A stretch of 64,000 nucleotides of DNA from assembly GCA_965603825.1 (NCBI GenBank), contig CBFDEM010000046.1, positions 1 to 64,000 on the forward strand, in the 5' to 3' direction. Made by a program: the position numbers and the translations under genes. Shown here piece after piece: positions 47,722 to 58,382 of the stretch. Position 1 is the first letter of the stretch. The number at the start of each line of letters is the position of its first letter. The DNA is from Blepharisma stoltei ATCC 30299 (taxonomy: Eukaryota; Protista; Ciliophora). The notes below the pieces were generated by a model. It had not been told where the DNA came from, made no database searches, and saw only the letters and a list, made by a program, of their open reading frames with translations.

Positions 47722-47974
47722 ATTTAATGTTAAAAACGCATTATTAGGGGCAAAACCTTGACATTTCTTATTTTTTTTGTAAGTAAATAAATTTATAACT
47801 GATTATTTTTTGGCAATGAGGCCAGCTTTAGGCGACTTTCATTTAAAATAAAAGAGTGCTCGTGATATGAAAATGAAGAATTTGTATAAAAATATGCTAT
47901 TAATAAAAGATAATTAAAGTCGAATTAATAGGAGTTAGTTAATTGCAAAAGCATGTATAACATAGTCTCTAAGA

Positions 47975-48914
47975 AAACCTAGAAACACTATAAATTCTAA
48001 ATCCGGACTGGCTTGATAGCCTCTCAACCTATTCTATTGTTCTTGCCTTGGAATTTGTGTAAGCTACCATATGAACATCGAACCACCTGTCCTGCTGGCA
48101 TTGAGAATCCCCTAACCAAAATTGGGTCAATAATTTTTTAAATTTTTTTAGGCTCCAATGCTTTTCTATAATATCGAAAATCTGTTTTCTTTCATCGTCG
48201 TTTTAGTCTATAAGAGTGTGCTTAATTGTAATGGAATCAATGCCTTCAGGAATTTGCTCTAAGAAACTCCTGAAATTACGACTACTCTTTCTTGTAAACT
48301 ATTTTTCTCGGTATTCTTTTCGGCCTTTTCAGTTACTTCTTTAAGATCAAAAATGGCTCCAGCAATAAAGGATGAATTTTGCAGAGCTCTATTATAAATG
48401 AGCCATCCTCTGCACCTATGTCTAAAATCTTATGGACATTCCTGATTCAATTCTCCTAAAAGTGGAAATATCCCTTAGCACCAGAGAAATCGCTCTAAAG
48501 GAGCTAATTTCAAAATGGTCATGAAGTCTTGAAATAATACTAAAATCCTAGGATTTCCTTTGATATATTCAAAACATCGGGATCCAAAGTGAAGCTCATG
48601 TGCTGACTTGCTTTCTATTAAAGAATCAGTGAGAGAGCAGATCATTTCATGATCTTATGGGGGCTGCTAAGCCATTTAATCATAGGAGTTATAGAGCTAT
48701 TACTAGAGTTGAGGAAAGCTCAATATTCTACCATTCGTGAGTTTCAAGTCTATAAGTGAAAAATCTAAAGGCTCCAAGACCTAATAAGAGCCTTTTCAGC
48801 TTTTCTATGAGAATCGGCGTTTGGGATGCTAGTTCAATGTGCTTTGGGGTTGGCAGAAGACTAGCAATTTTTAGCTCTGTTGCTGAATAAAGCATTATTA
48901 ATAGTAGATTTCAT
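47975..48914 (-). pseudogene. Degenerate class I O-methyltransferase (COMT/ASMT-like) gene
   Basis: Piecewise: ATELKIASLL..EKLKRLLLGL (dimerisation domain), KILDIGAEDG (SAM motif I), GAIFDLKEV, SFLEQIPEGIDSITIKHTLID*NDDE, WFDVHM, SGFRI. Many stops and frameshifts. Confidence 0.75.
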
Positions 48915-49615
48915 AAAATAGTTTAGAAACTTTGTTTAGGTCTTTGCCCTATTTTTTAATTGTTCAAAAAGGACATTCACAATTTTATAGGAAATTAACA
49001 ATTTTACCTATTTATTTTTTTAAATTGTTAATAAATAACTCAAAGCCTTTCCTTAAACTTTAGTAAATATGTAGGATATCAAATGATAAAATCAAATAAT
49101 CGTAAAGAACTAAAGGCAACCTCACTTTCAGTCAATATCCTGCAAAGATTTTGCCCTGAGATTGATTGATATGCTGTGAGATCATGATGATATTGGACTT
49201 CTTAAGATGAAAGACAAGAATCCAATGGTCAAATTCTTGCAAGAAGCAATAGATCTGAGGCACGAAGTTGACTATAAGCTGTGTATGCCCATTTTTAAAA
49301 ATGAAAATGGACCAAAAAATTCATTATTAGACTTTTACTGTGCTTTATTAACAGCATTTTGCATATGAGAGTAATTAACTTGTCCAAAGAAAAATTGAAA
49401 ACTTTAGCCATATCATTACGCAAGCTATAAAGCTTTTTGTGGAAAAAGAGGTAGTAGTGCAAACATTAGAATTTTTCTCTCTTGATAGCTAATTTTATAG
49501 CAAATCAGTAATTATACCCTTTATTACAAGCTATTTTAATTTTCAATTACTCCTTTTATGTCTTATAAGCTATAATTTTTTGTAAAATAACTAAAATATT
49601 AATAAATTAGTAAAT

Positions 49616-50515
49616 ATGCTGGATATAGGGAGGCAAGATCTAAATAGCCGGAAATTATTCATAGGCGGCCTCGCTCCACACACAACAAAAGAGGACTTGC
49701 AAGCCCACTTCTCTCAGTTCGGGTCTGTCCAGGATTGTGTCTTAATGATTGATAGATCAACAGGGAGATCACGATGCTTTGGATTTGTCACTATGAAGGA
49801 CAACGAATCCACTGACCGAATCCTTGCAGAAGACCAAGAAATCGGAGGGAAAAAAGTCGACTGCAAGCTCGCTGTCCCACGAGACCAAAATACCAGTGTT
49901 CCCACTACCACCTCTTTTCGTACGAAAAAGGTTTTTGTCGGTGGTCTGCCTCCAGACGTGACCCAAGAGATTTTCAATTGTTTTTTTGAGCAATTTGGAG
50001 AAATAGAAGACAGTGTTGTAATGTTTGATAGAGAAACAGGAAGACCGAGAGGGTTTGGATTCATCACTTTTACTAATGAAGAGAGTGTTGAAAAGGTTAT
50101 ACAGAACAGTGAAAGCAACTATATTAATGGGAAATGGGTCGAGTGCAAAAAGGCTATGCCTAAGCATAATCAGCCTGATGAACGTTATGCTAATTACCAG
50201 TATACAAACCAGAATTATTATAACCCACAGTATACAACCCAGCCCTACACAAACCAAATGTACTCTAACCAAATGTATCAAGGCTATATGATGTATCCTT
50301 ATTATAACATGGCTGGCTATCAGCAGGGGTCTGCATATGACCCCTATTGGCAAATAAATCAAGGCTATGGGCAGCAAAACTATAATGAGGGACATGAAGA
50401 ACAAAGCAAACAGAAATTTGTGGACGATTTATTGGATGAAGGAAGAAACGAAATCAACCAGCAGCAAAGGTAGATTTTATATAGTGAGAATCACAGGAAA
50501 AAGACAATTAACTAG
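49616..50515 (+). CDS. Two-RRM protein of the Musashi/hnRNP A1/DAZAP1 type with a Tyr/Gln/Asn-rich tail
   Basis: KLFIGGL, RCFGFVTM, KVFVGGL and RGFGFITF. Ends at 50473 unspliced, or at 50515 if the 15-nt intron 50470-50484 is spliced. Confidence 0.9.
50470..50484 (+). other. Probable 15-nt intron GTAGATTTTATATAG overlapping the stop codon
   Basis: Matches the intron consensus seen elsewhere in the window; not required for the ORF. Confidence 0.55.
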
Positions 50516-50964
50516 AGGGAAGTTCATTAACAGACTAAAAGGTCTTTAATAAATGTAGCTATAAGCTGATATATGGGTTGATTTTATTAGCAACCACAAT
50601 TTAGTTATTTGGCAATCTCTAATTATCTAGGAATATTATTTTGATGACGCTTGTGTCATCGTGGCATTTAGGTCTTATTTTTTCTTTTTTCCAGCATTTT
50701 TATCAGATTTCTAGTTATTTATCTTTCTCACCTATTCCTATATCTTCCACTTCCATTCAGCGTAAAATCAAAAATTTATAAAATTATGAAAAGAGGGGCA
50801 TCTCTTTCCAATGTTGATATCAATTACTTCAAATTTTTAGTTATTCCTAATTTCTCTTTACTTGTAATTTATCCAAAAAAATCCATCATTTTTCATATTA
50901 TTCTTTTTTATATGCTATATGTTTTAGCATATTTGCGATATATTCTATTTAAATACAGTGCTAT

Positions 50965-51927
50965 TTATAAAGACTTGCCGTTCATCCATACTCCTTCTTT
51001 CTTTTCGCCTGTGGGCAAAACCATAGTTCCTGACTCTTCAAGCCTCCCATCTTTCCATTTCCCATAAAACTTCCTCCCATCTGCCCACTCCAAAACTCCT
51101 GGGCCATCTTTCTTATCGTCTTTATACACCCCATGAAACACCTTCCCATCAGGCCATGTAAATTTTCCTTCCCCATTCATTTTATTGTCCTTCCACATCC
51201 CCGCATAGCTTTTTCCATCAGGCCAATGGTAAGTCCCTACTCCATGTATATTATTTTTCCAAAACTCCCCTTCATATCTCGACCCATCAGCCCAAAAAAA
51301 TTTTCCATGGCCTTGTTTATTTCCTTCTCTGTACTCTCCTTCATATTTCGCGCCATCAGGCCACATTTCGATGCCATTTCCATCCTGTTTGTCGTTTTTT
51401 CAATTTCCATCATATTTTGCTCCATCTAAATGCATATAAACTCCTTTTCCATGGGCTTTATTATTAAGCCATTCACCTTCATAAACATCTCCATCGCTAT
51501 GAATTAGCCTTCCATAGCCGTTGGGTTTGTCGTCTTTTCAGTAGCCTTCATATTTTGCGCCGTTTTTTGTATAGTGAATTCCTCGGCCTTCTCGCTGGCT
51601 GAGGGATAAATTTCACTCCCCAATGTAGATAGAACAGTCAGGAAGCTTGACTGGCGGCTTTTTGGTTACATTTTCTGTTTGTTGGGAGCCATAATTAAAA
51701 GGCTCAAGCATAGACTCAGCTTTACGGGAAAATTCGTTCATAAGATCGGAAGATTCTTGGATTAAAGATTTTCGTAAAGAGTAGCCTCTTCAAGCGGCTT
51801 GGATTTTTATTACATACGGCAGTGTTTTGCGGGAGCTCAGGTTTTTCTTGACGGATTCTATGTCGAGCTCTTTGAATTCGCCTGCCAGTTTATAGTCTCT
51901 GATGCATGCTGTACAGACTCCTCCCAT
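50965..51927 (-). CDS. IQ-motif + MORN-repeat protein with N-terminal acylation signal, 320 aa
   Basis: ATG at 51927 (MGGVCTAC). IQAA[TGA]RGYSLRK, then YxGxW..HGxG repeats; four TGA codons all fall at consensus Trp positions. Confidence 0.92.
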
Positions 51928-52406
51928 TTAAATAAAACTCAAGAATGAATCTTTTAAACGCCAATGTTTGATATAATATAGATGGATATTGAGATATTAT
52001 TATTTTGTAAAAATATTTTACCAGAATAATCCCTATCATAATTATCTTTAAAAATTCTTTATATTTTGATAGAAAATTGGAGAGCATTCATGATAATCGT
52101 GTGTCTAGACTAATTTGCAGTTAATTATTCTTTAGCCAAAAAATTATAATAAAGAGATTAGAACATTTTTGGGGAAAAAATATCATCAGAGAGCCGATTA
52201 ACATCTTAAAGGCTCGTAGTACAAAGGAAGTGGGAGCATGCTTTAATTAATACTCTAAATAAAAACAAATCTGCGGCCTGTCATTTGAATGACGAAATCT
52301 TATTTCAGTGCTTTTTTATCTGTTGTTATTTTGGAACTTACTCTTTTATTTTATTTTTCGATAATTTTCCATAATAAGTTCACTAAAACTAGTTGAATAA
52401 ATAATA

Positions 52407-53537
52407 ATGGGATATCTGACTGAGGAATCAATAAATACCTTAAAGAACCATAAGTATAAGGGAAGTCCAACCACTCCACTGATGAAGCTTTTAGATAAAA
52501 TACTGTGGAGTCCCCTTTCTAAGTTTATTCCAAATTCCATAGCTCCGAACATGATCACACTTCTCTCGACCATTTCCATTATGCTCGGTGCCATTCTCTC
52601 CCTATTCTATAACGATATGCAATTTGGGAAGAACTCTCCTCTTTGGGTATGGCCAGTTGCTGGTCTATGCCTATGGCTGTATGACACCCTCGATAATTTA
52701 GATGGATTACATGCTAGAAGGACAGGACAAGGGTCTCCATTAGGGCAGCTAATGGACCATGGTAACTATTATATAGGACTTGATAGCAGCTTCAATACTT
52801 TTGCAGTATCATTCTTGATTTTCCAATGTGTAGGCCTGCATGGTACAAGTGTATGGATTCCTGTGATAAATATTTCAGTTCAGTCCATCTTTTTCTACGC
52901 AGCCTGGGAAGAAAACTACGTAGGCTCTTTAAGAATAAACCTTGGGTCTGTTGGAGTTGACGAATTCGCGTATATTCATATTTTGCTGTTTGTTATTACC
53001 TATTTTGTGGGCTATGACTTCTTTGAGACTGAATTATTCTCTGGATTCCCTATAAAAAATTTTTGCGGACTATACATTTGCTTTATGTATTTTTTATTTA
53101 GATTTCTCTACAGTGCTATCTGCTACACCGCTAAAACCCTGAAATTTACCAAGTCTTTAGCTCCATTACTTAAATGGATCCCTATGTTCCAAGTTTATAT
53201 TGGGACCGCTTTGATTTACCAGACTGTGGCTTATAGTAAATATACATTATTATTTATTATTGACCAGTCTACACTATTTGGAGTTCTCAGCGTATGGATG
53301 ATCATTTGCAATGTGTCCAAAGTGAATTTTAGCTCATTCCGTATCGATACTTCGCTATATCTGCTGTATGCTATTTTAGTATACTCCGGGATTGATTTCT
53401 TTAACCAATTTGAGGTCCATTTAGTAGTTACATTTGCTTTCGTTATTTATATCTGCTATTTCTTTTCTTCATTGGTTTTAGAAATTGCGAATTATTTAGA
53501 TATTCCAGTTTTCACAGTTAAACAGAAAAAATCTTAA
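52407..53537 (+). CDS. Choline/ethanolamine phosphotransferase (CDP-alcohol phosphotransferase), paralogue 1; 2 predicted introns
   Basis: APNMIT and [26 protein letters not shown]; the motif is restored by removing 52762-52776. Multiple TM helices. Confidence 0.92.
   Translation: [376 protein letters not shown]
52762..52776 (+). other. 15-nt stop-free intron GTAACTATTATATAG
   Basis: Matches consensus; removal restores DHGLD spacing. Confidence 0.9.
53087..53101 (+). other. 15-nt stop-free intron GTATTTTTTATTTAG
   Basis: Matches consensus; same position as in the paralogue. Confidence 0.75.
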
Positions 53538-54464
53538 CTTAAAATAAGGATCTTTAGGCTAACTCTGAGTAGAGTGTGTCATGTTTTTAATAATTAGTGT
53601 AGTCATTTTTTTAATAATTAATGCAAATTTTTCCATATCATGACATTAATATTTATGATATTTTAGCTTCTGAACATAAGCTTTAATTGCAATTCAAATG
53701 TAAGCTTTTTAAATAAATTTAAGAAGCACTAAACTATTATAGCTTATATTATTTATTTCCTTTCGGCTGTGGCTTTAGAAATCGCTAACTATTATGAGAT
53801 CTCTATATTACAGCTAATAAAAAATCAGCTTAATTTAAGGTTCATTAAAATTCATTTCTAATCAACAAATCTTCTATTATTATTTTTCTCTCCTATATAT
53901 CAGAATTCGACAGATTTTTTCTAAATTTTCGTTTCCTAAGCATATCTTCAATGATAAGCATTCCCTTAAAGTCTTTAATCTAATGCACTCAAATTTTCAG
54001 CTTGGTCTGTATTTACTAAGAGCTGGCTTCCTAATCAAAATTATTTAGATATCGAAATGAATGTATAAATTAATAGGAAAAGAGAGATCAGAAGAAATTC
54101 CTTTGAATTTCAGCAGTCTATTTTTTTAAGTGCCATAGTAATTTATTATTTCCCAAATTAATAAGTTTGAAATAATAATAGATTTTATATGAGCCAAAAA
54201 AAGTAATTTTCGCTTAAATCTTAAAGTGCTTTTAGTCAAATAAAACTTCGACTATTTTCAGTTTATTGATGCTTTTAAATTAATCATGTATAGAAAGAAT
54301 CTATTTCTCTGAGCAATTCGCCAATGTACGAGAGTGAATTAATATCTCATAATAGCTGGTTGCTTATTAGCTTAAGGAAATTTGTTTATTATGGATTTAT
54401 ATTCTCCTTTAATTTGTTGAAATTTGCCATAATAAATTCCTGAAAATTAGTCGAATAAATAAAA

Positions 54465-55595
54465 ATGGGATATCTGACTGAAGAATCAATTAACACCTTA
54501 AAGAACCACAAGTACAGAGGAAGTCCAACCACTCCGCTGATGAAGCTTTTAGACAAAATACTATGGACTCCGCTCTCTAAATTTATTCCAAATTCCATAG
54601 CTCCAAACATGGTTACTCTTTTTTCAACAATTTTTATTATGATTGGCGTCATCCTCACGCTGGTCTATAATGACCTGCAATTTGGGAAAAATCCTCCCCT
54701 CTGGGTATGGCCAGTCGCTGGATTGTGCTTATGGCTATATGATACTCTTGATAACTTAGATGGCAAGCATGCAAGAAAAACTGGGCAAAGTTCACCATTA
54801 GGGCAACTAATGGACCATGGTAACTATTATATAGGACTTGATAGCAGCTTTAACACCTTTGCAGTGTCCTTCCTAAATTTCCAATCAGTAGGGCTGCATG
54901 GCACAAGTATATGGATTCCTTTGATAAATATTTCAGTCCAGTCCATATTTTTTTACGCAGCATGGGAAGAAAATTACGTAGGCTCAGTAAGGACAACCCT
55001 TGGATGGCTTGGGGTTGAGGAATTCGCTTACATCCACGCTATACAGTTTGTTTTCACTTTCTTTGTGGGCTATGAATTCTATAATACTGAACTAGTAGCC
55101 GGATTTGCTATTAAGGATGCTTATGGATTATATCTTTGCTTCATGTATTTTATATTTAGATTTATTTATATCGTATCCAGGTATATTAATAAGACATTAA
55201 GATTTGCCAAATCTTATGCTCCATTGCTAAAATGGATTCCTATGATCCAAGTTTATATTGGGACCGCTTTGATTTATCAGACAAGTGTCTATAGTAAGTA
55301 TGCCTTACTATTTATGATAGACCAGTCTGTGCTCTTTGGGGCTCTCAGTGTGTGGATGATCATTTGCAATGTGTCTAAGGTGAGCTTTAGTCCATTACGT
55401 ATAGATACTTCTCTCTATCTATTGTATGCTATTTTAGTATATTCTGGGATTGATCTCTTTAACCAATTTGAGATCCATTTAGCAGTCACATCTGCGTACG
55501 TAATTTACATGTGCTATTTCTTTTCTGCGTTAGCTTTAGAAATTGCCAATTATTTAGACATCCCAATATTCACAGTCAAAAAGAAAGTAACTTAA
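54465..55595 (+). CDS. Choline/ethanolamine phosphotransferase, paralogue 2; 2 predicted introns
   Basis: Colinear tandem duplicate; [26 protein letters not shown]. Confidence 0.92.
   Translation: [376 protein letters not shown]
54820..54834 (+). other. 15-nt stop-free intron GTAACTATTATATAG
   Basis: Identical to 52762-52776. Confidence 0.9.
55145..55159 (+). other. 15-nt stop-free intron GTATTTTATATTTAG
   Basis: Matches consensus; homologous to 53087-53101. Confidence 0.75.
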
Positions 55596-56035
55596 CTAAA
55601 AATAAGGTTTATTAGCTTAATTATTATTGTGCCGTGGAAAATTAATCATAGAGCAATAAAGAGAAAAGAAAATATATAATTATATAGCCTAGGCATTATG
55701 AGCATATAAGTGATTTCTATAAGTTAGCTCTTTGAGCTTCAAAAAACTTGGCAAGCTTTTTAAATTGTAAAATCAGCCTTAAATTTAAATTACTATTCAA
55801 ATGCAAGAGTTGAAAAAAAATGAGTAACAACTGTATCTCGTTTTTAATTTTAATTAAAAAATATTGTTTAGGTATATAGCCGGGAACAGGCTATAGACTT
55901 GCTAGCTATCTTTAAAAAAATATTGAAAAATATAATTTTAATAGTATTTGCTGGTAACAGAAAAATTAAAAACTCTAATTACATGTATCAACAAATTTTA
56001 TCGCCTAAATTATTTTACTCTAAAATAGGATTAAG

Positions 56036-56491
56036 TTAAAATTTCCTATCAAAATATCTGAATCTTTCTAACTCCTTCAATTGTGCCTGATAATCTCCTA
56101 TTGCAGCTTTTAATATTTTTTCTATTTGTAAATTTGTTTGAAAAATTTCAATTATATTTTGGTTAAGCTTTCCAAATTCATTAGCTTTTTCTTCTAATAG
56201 GTCTAGCTGATTTTTCATAGAATTTAAATGGTCTTTGAATGGTTTCATGAGTTTTTCTAATCGAAAAGCAGTTTTTGTGTACATTTTTTCTATCACAAGT
56301 TCTTGGTTTGGTCTAGATAGACTTTACATGAAGATTTCAAGCTCTTTATACCTAAAGGGTAGAAATTTTAAAGTATTGGAAATAGATTCTGAGTATTCTT
56401 TAGCTTTTCTGAGACTTTCTTCAAATCTGACATAAGATCCTTGGACTGCTGAGTAGATTTTATTTGCGTTTTGTGGTAAAATAAAATCCAT
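56036..56491 (-). CDS. Small coiled-coil protein, ~146 aa, 1 intron
   Basis: ATG at 56491. Removing 56313-56327 eliminates an in-frame TAA and joins the track ORF 56036-56296. Confidence 0.65.
56313..56327 (-). other. 15-nt intron GTAAAGTCTATCTAG
   Basis: GT...AG with A at -6; removes an in-frame stop. Confidence 0.75.
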
Positions 56492-56778
56492 GTGCTTTCC
56501 TTATTTGTTTATTTGATAAGAGTAGGCATAGTAATTACTAATAATTATTGCTTTTGTAAAATATATTTTAAGTTATAAAAGCTTTAAAATCAAGAGCTTC
56601 TATAACAATTAATATTTTTCAATAAATCTTAAGCTAAGCCTTATTAGCAAAGTATTATCCTTATAAGCAATATTTCTAGTTGCATATCCCTACCAGCACA
56701 TAAAATCTCATCCTAATCCAAAGACATCCTTCAATGCTAATACTCCTATAATTAATTATTACAATCATTTTAAAGAAT

Positions 56779-58359
56779 ATGGGCGTGCTATTCGTTGCGT
56801 ACTGCATATTTGGTACTCTTATGCTCCTTATTCTCTTTTTCAACTACACAATAGTCAAATACTACACTGACACAAGTGAACACTATCATTTAGCCACCGT
56901 CGTCACAGTCCTATCTCTATCAATCACTTTATTTTGTGTCCTCCTAGTTCCAATAGATATTCTGATTGCATCAGGACGAGTAAAAGATATAAGTGATATA
57001 GACATCCCTAAAGAAACAGTCAGAAACATATTTTTATCTTTATTTTCTATCATGCTCTTACTAGCTTTTATGCTGATACCTTTTGCGTATTTTTATGGGG
57101 AAGAACAGTTTGATGAAATTGATTCTGATGGAAACGCGTTATGTGAAAAAATCTGTGAAAGCATGAAATATACAGCCAGCTTTATGCTTATTTGTGCTGT
57201 GCTGGTTATTGTAGGACTCATTTTTAGGCCAGAAAAAGATGAATGGGGGCAGGGAAAAGAATGAATCAGGCAGCTTTTTGATGTGGAACATGTAGGAGAG
57301 GCTGCTATTTCCTTTACAGTGGCATGCTTAACACTAGTAGGACTTTTGCTTTGGTGTTTTTATACTGCGTTTGGCATGGCTGCTATGCCGTTTACATTAA
57401 TTAAAGGCAAAAAGAGCCTTGAAGAGGCTAAAAATGAGCTTGAAATGGATATTGGCGACGTCAGAGACAAAATCAGAGAAATTGAGCTGAGATCAGCCAA
57501 AAGTAACACAAGAATGACAAGAAAAGAAAAACGCGACAAAGCAAAACTCGAAAAAATGCAAAAAAAACTAATGGCAAGATCCTCAAAAATCTCTGAAAAA
57601 CAAAAAGACAGCTCCCAGCTCCTATCTAGATTACTGAAATTTTTAACGCCTTTCCGAGTCATGCTGGGCGTTTTTGCTTTGATTTTCTCCTTGATTTTCT
57701 TTTTTTCCTTATTTTTTGGGGCAATTGACAGACTTATAAATTCTGACTGTGGATTTTCCTGTGGATTTATTACGTCTTCCTCATCTATTTTTAATCCTCT
57801 TGATTCTCTCCTTGTCTATTTATCTACAATGTTCCCTCTAGACTATCTGATTTTTGGCTTATTAATCCTTTATATATTTATTGCAAGCATTTATGGAATT
57901 GTTCGCTGGGGTATCCGTTTTCTATGTGTATCAGTAGCTCCTATATAGGTTTTCACAATAAAAAAGAAAAGAACAATGCCCCAAGCTCTGCTTGTAGCAT
58001 CAATTATAATGATGCTTGTGGTGCTTGGCATTTCTGTAGCCATTTTAACAGTCGTCCCAGCTTATACTACATTTGGCTCCCAAAAATTTGTATCAGACGG
58101 CAAAACTGTGGAGTGCTCCTTAGAAAATTTCAACGAAAACGAGTGCGTGATGTCCAATATTTCCAGCTTTTTTAATAGGTATTTTATAGTCAGAATTTCT
58201 CTGTCCATCCCGCTGTTTTCAGCAGTCGTTTATTTGATGAACTGGCTATTTATGGCAGTTTTCATCGTATGTGGGATCTCAGCAGCCATGCAAAAGCCTT
58301 CTTCGTCCTTTGAAGAAGAGCTGGAGATCGAGGAGGAAGAAGAAGAGACATTTATATAA
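56779..58359 (+). CDS. LMBR1-family membrane protein (LMBRD1 lysosomal cobalamin escort-like); 1 TGA, 2 introns
   Basis: LVPIDI, IPFAYFYGEE, YTAFGMAAMP, CGFSCGF, FNPLD, FPLDY, RTMPQALL and PAYTTFGSQ. TGA at 57262; introns 57934-57948 and 58179-58193. Confidence 0.9.
57934..57948 (+). other. 15-nt intron GTAGCTCCTATATAG
   Basis: Matches consensus; removes an in-frame TAG. Confidence 0.85.
58179..58193 (+). other. 15-nt stop-free intron GTATTTTATAGTCAG
   Basis: Matches consensus; FNR-YFIVR-ISL becomes FNRISL. Confidence 0.65.
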
Positions 58360-58382
58360 TAATTCATATAAATTTAAATAAA

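Noticed and set aside
49714-50404. 211-aa and 134-aa minus-strand ORFs
   Set aside because: Antisense shadows of the RRM gene.
40678-51927. Depletion of TGA near gene 3' ends (suggested by the MORN gene), as in ambiguous-code ciliates
   Set aside because: PUF-B has a TGA 8 codons before its stop and DUF229-1 has one 26 codons before; the sample is too small and inconsistent.
52211-52245. GGCTCGTAGTACAAAGGAAGT resembling a tRNA 5' half
   Set aside because: No T-loop (TTCRA) or matching acceptor stem downstream.
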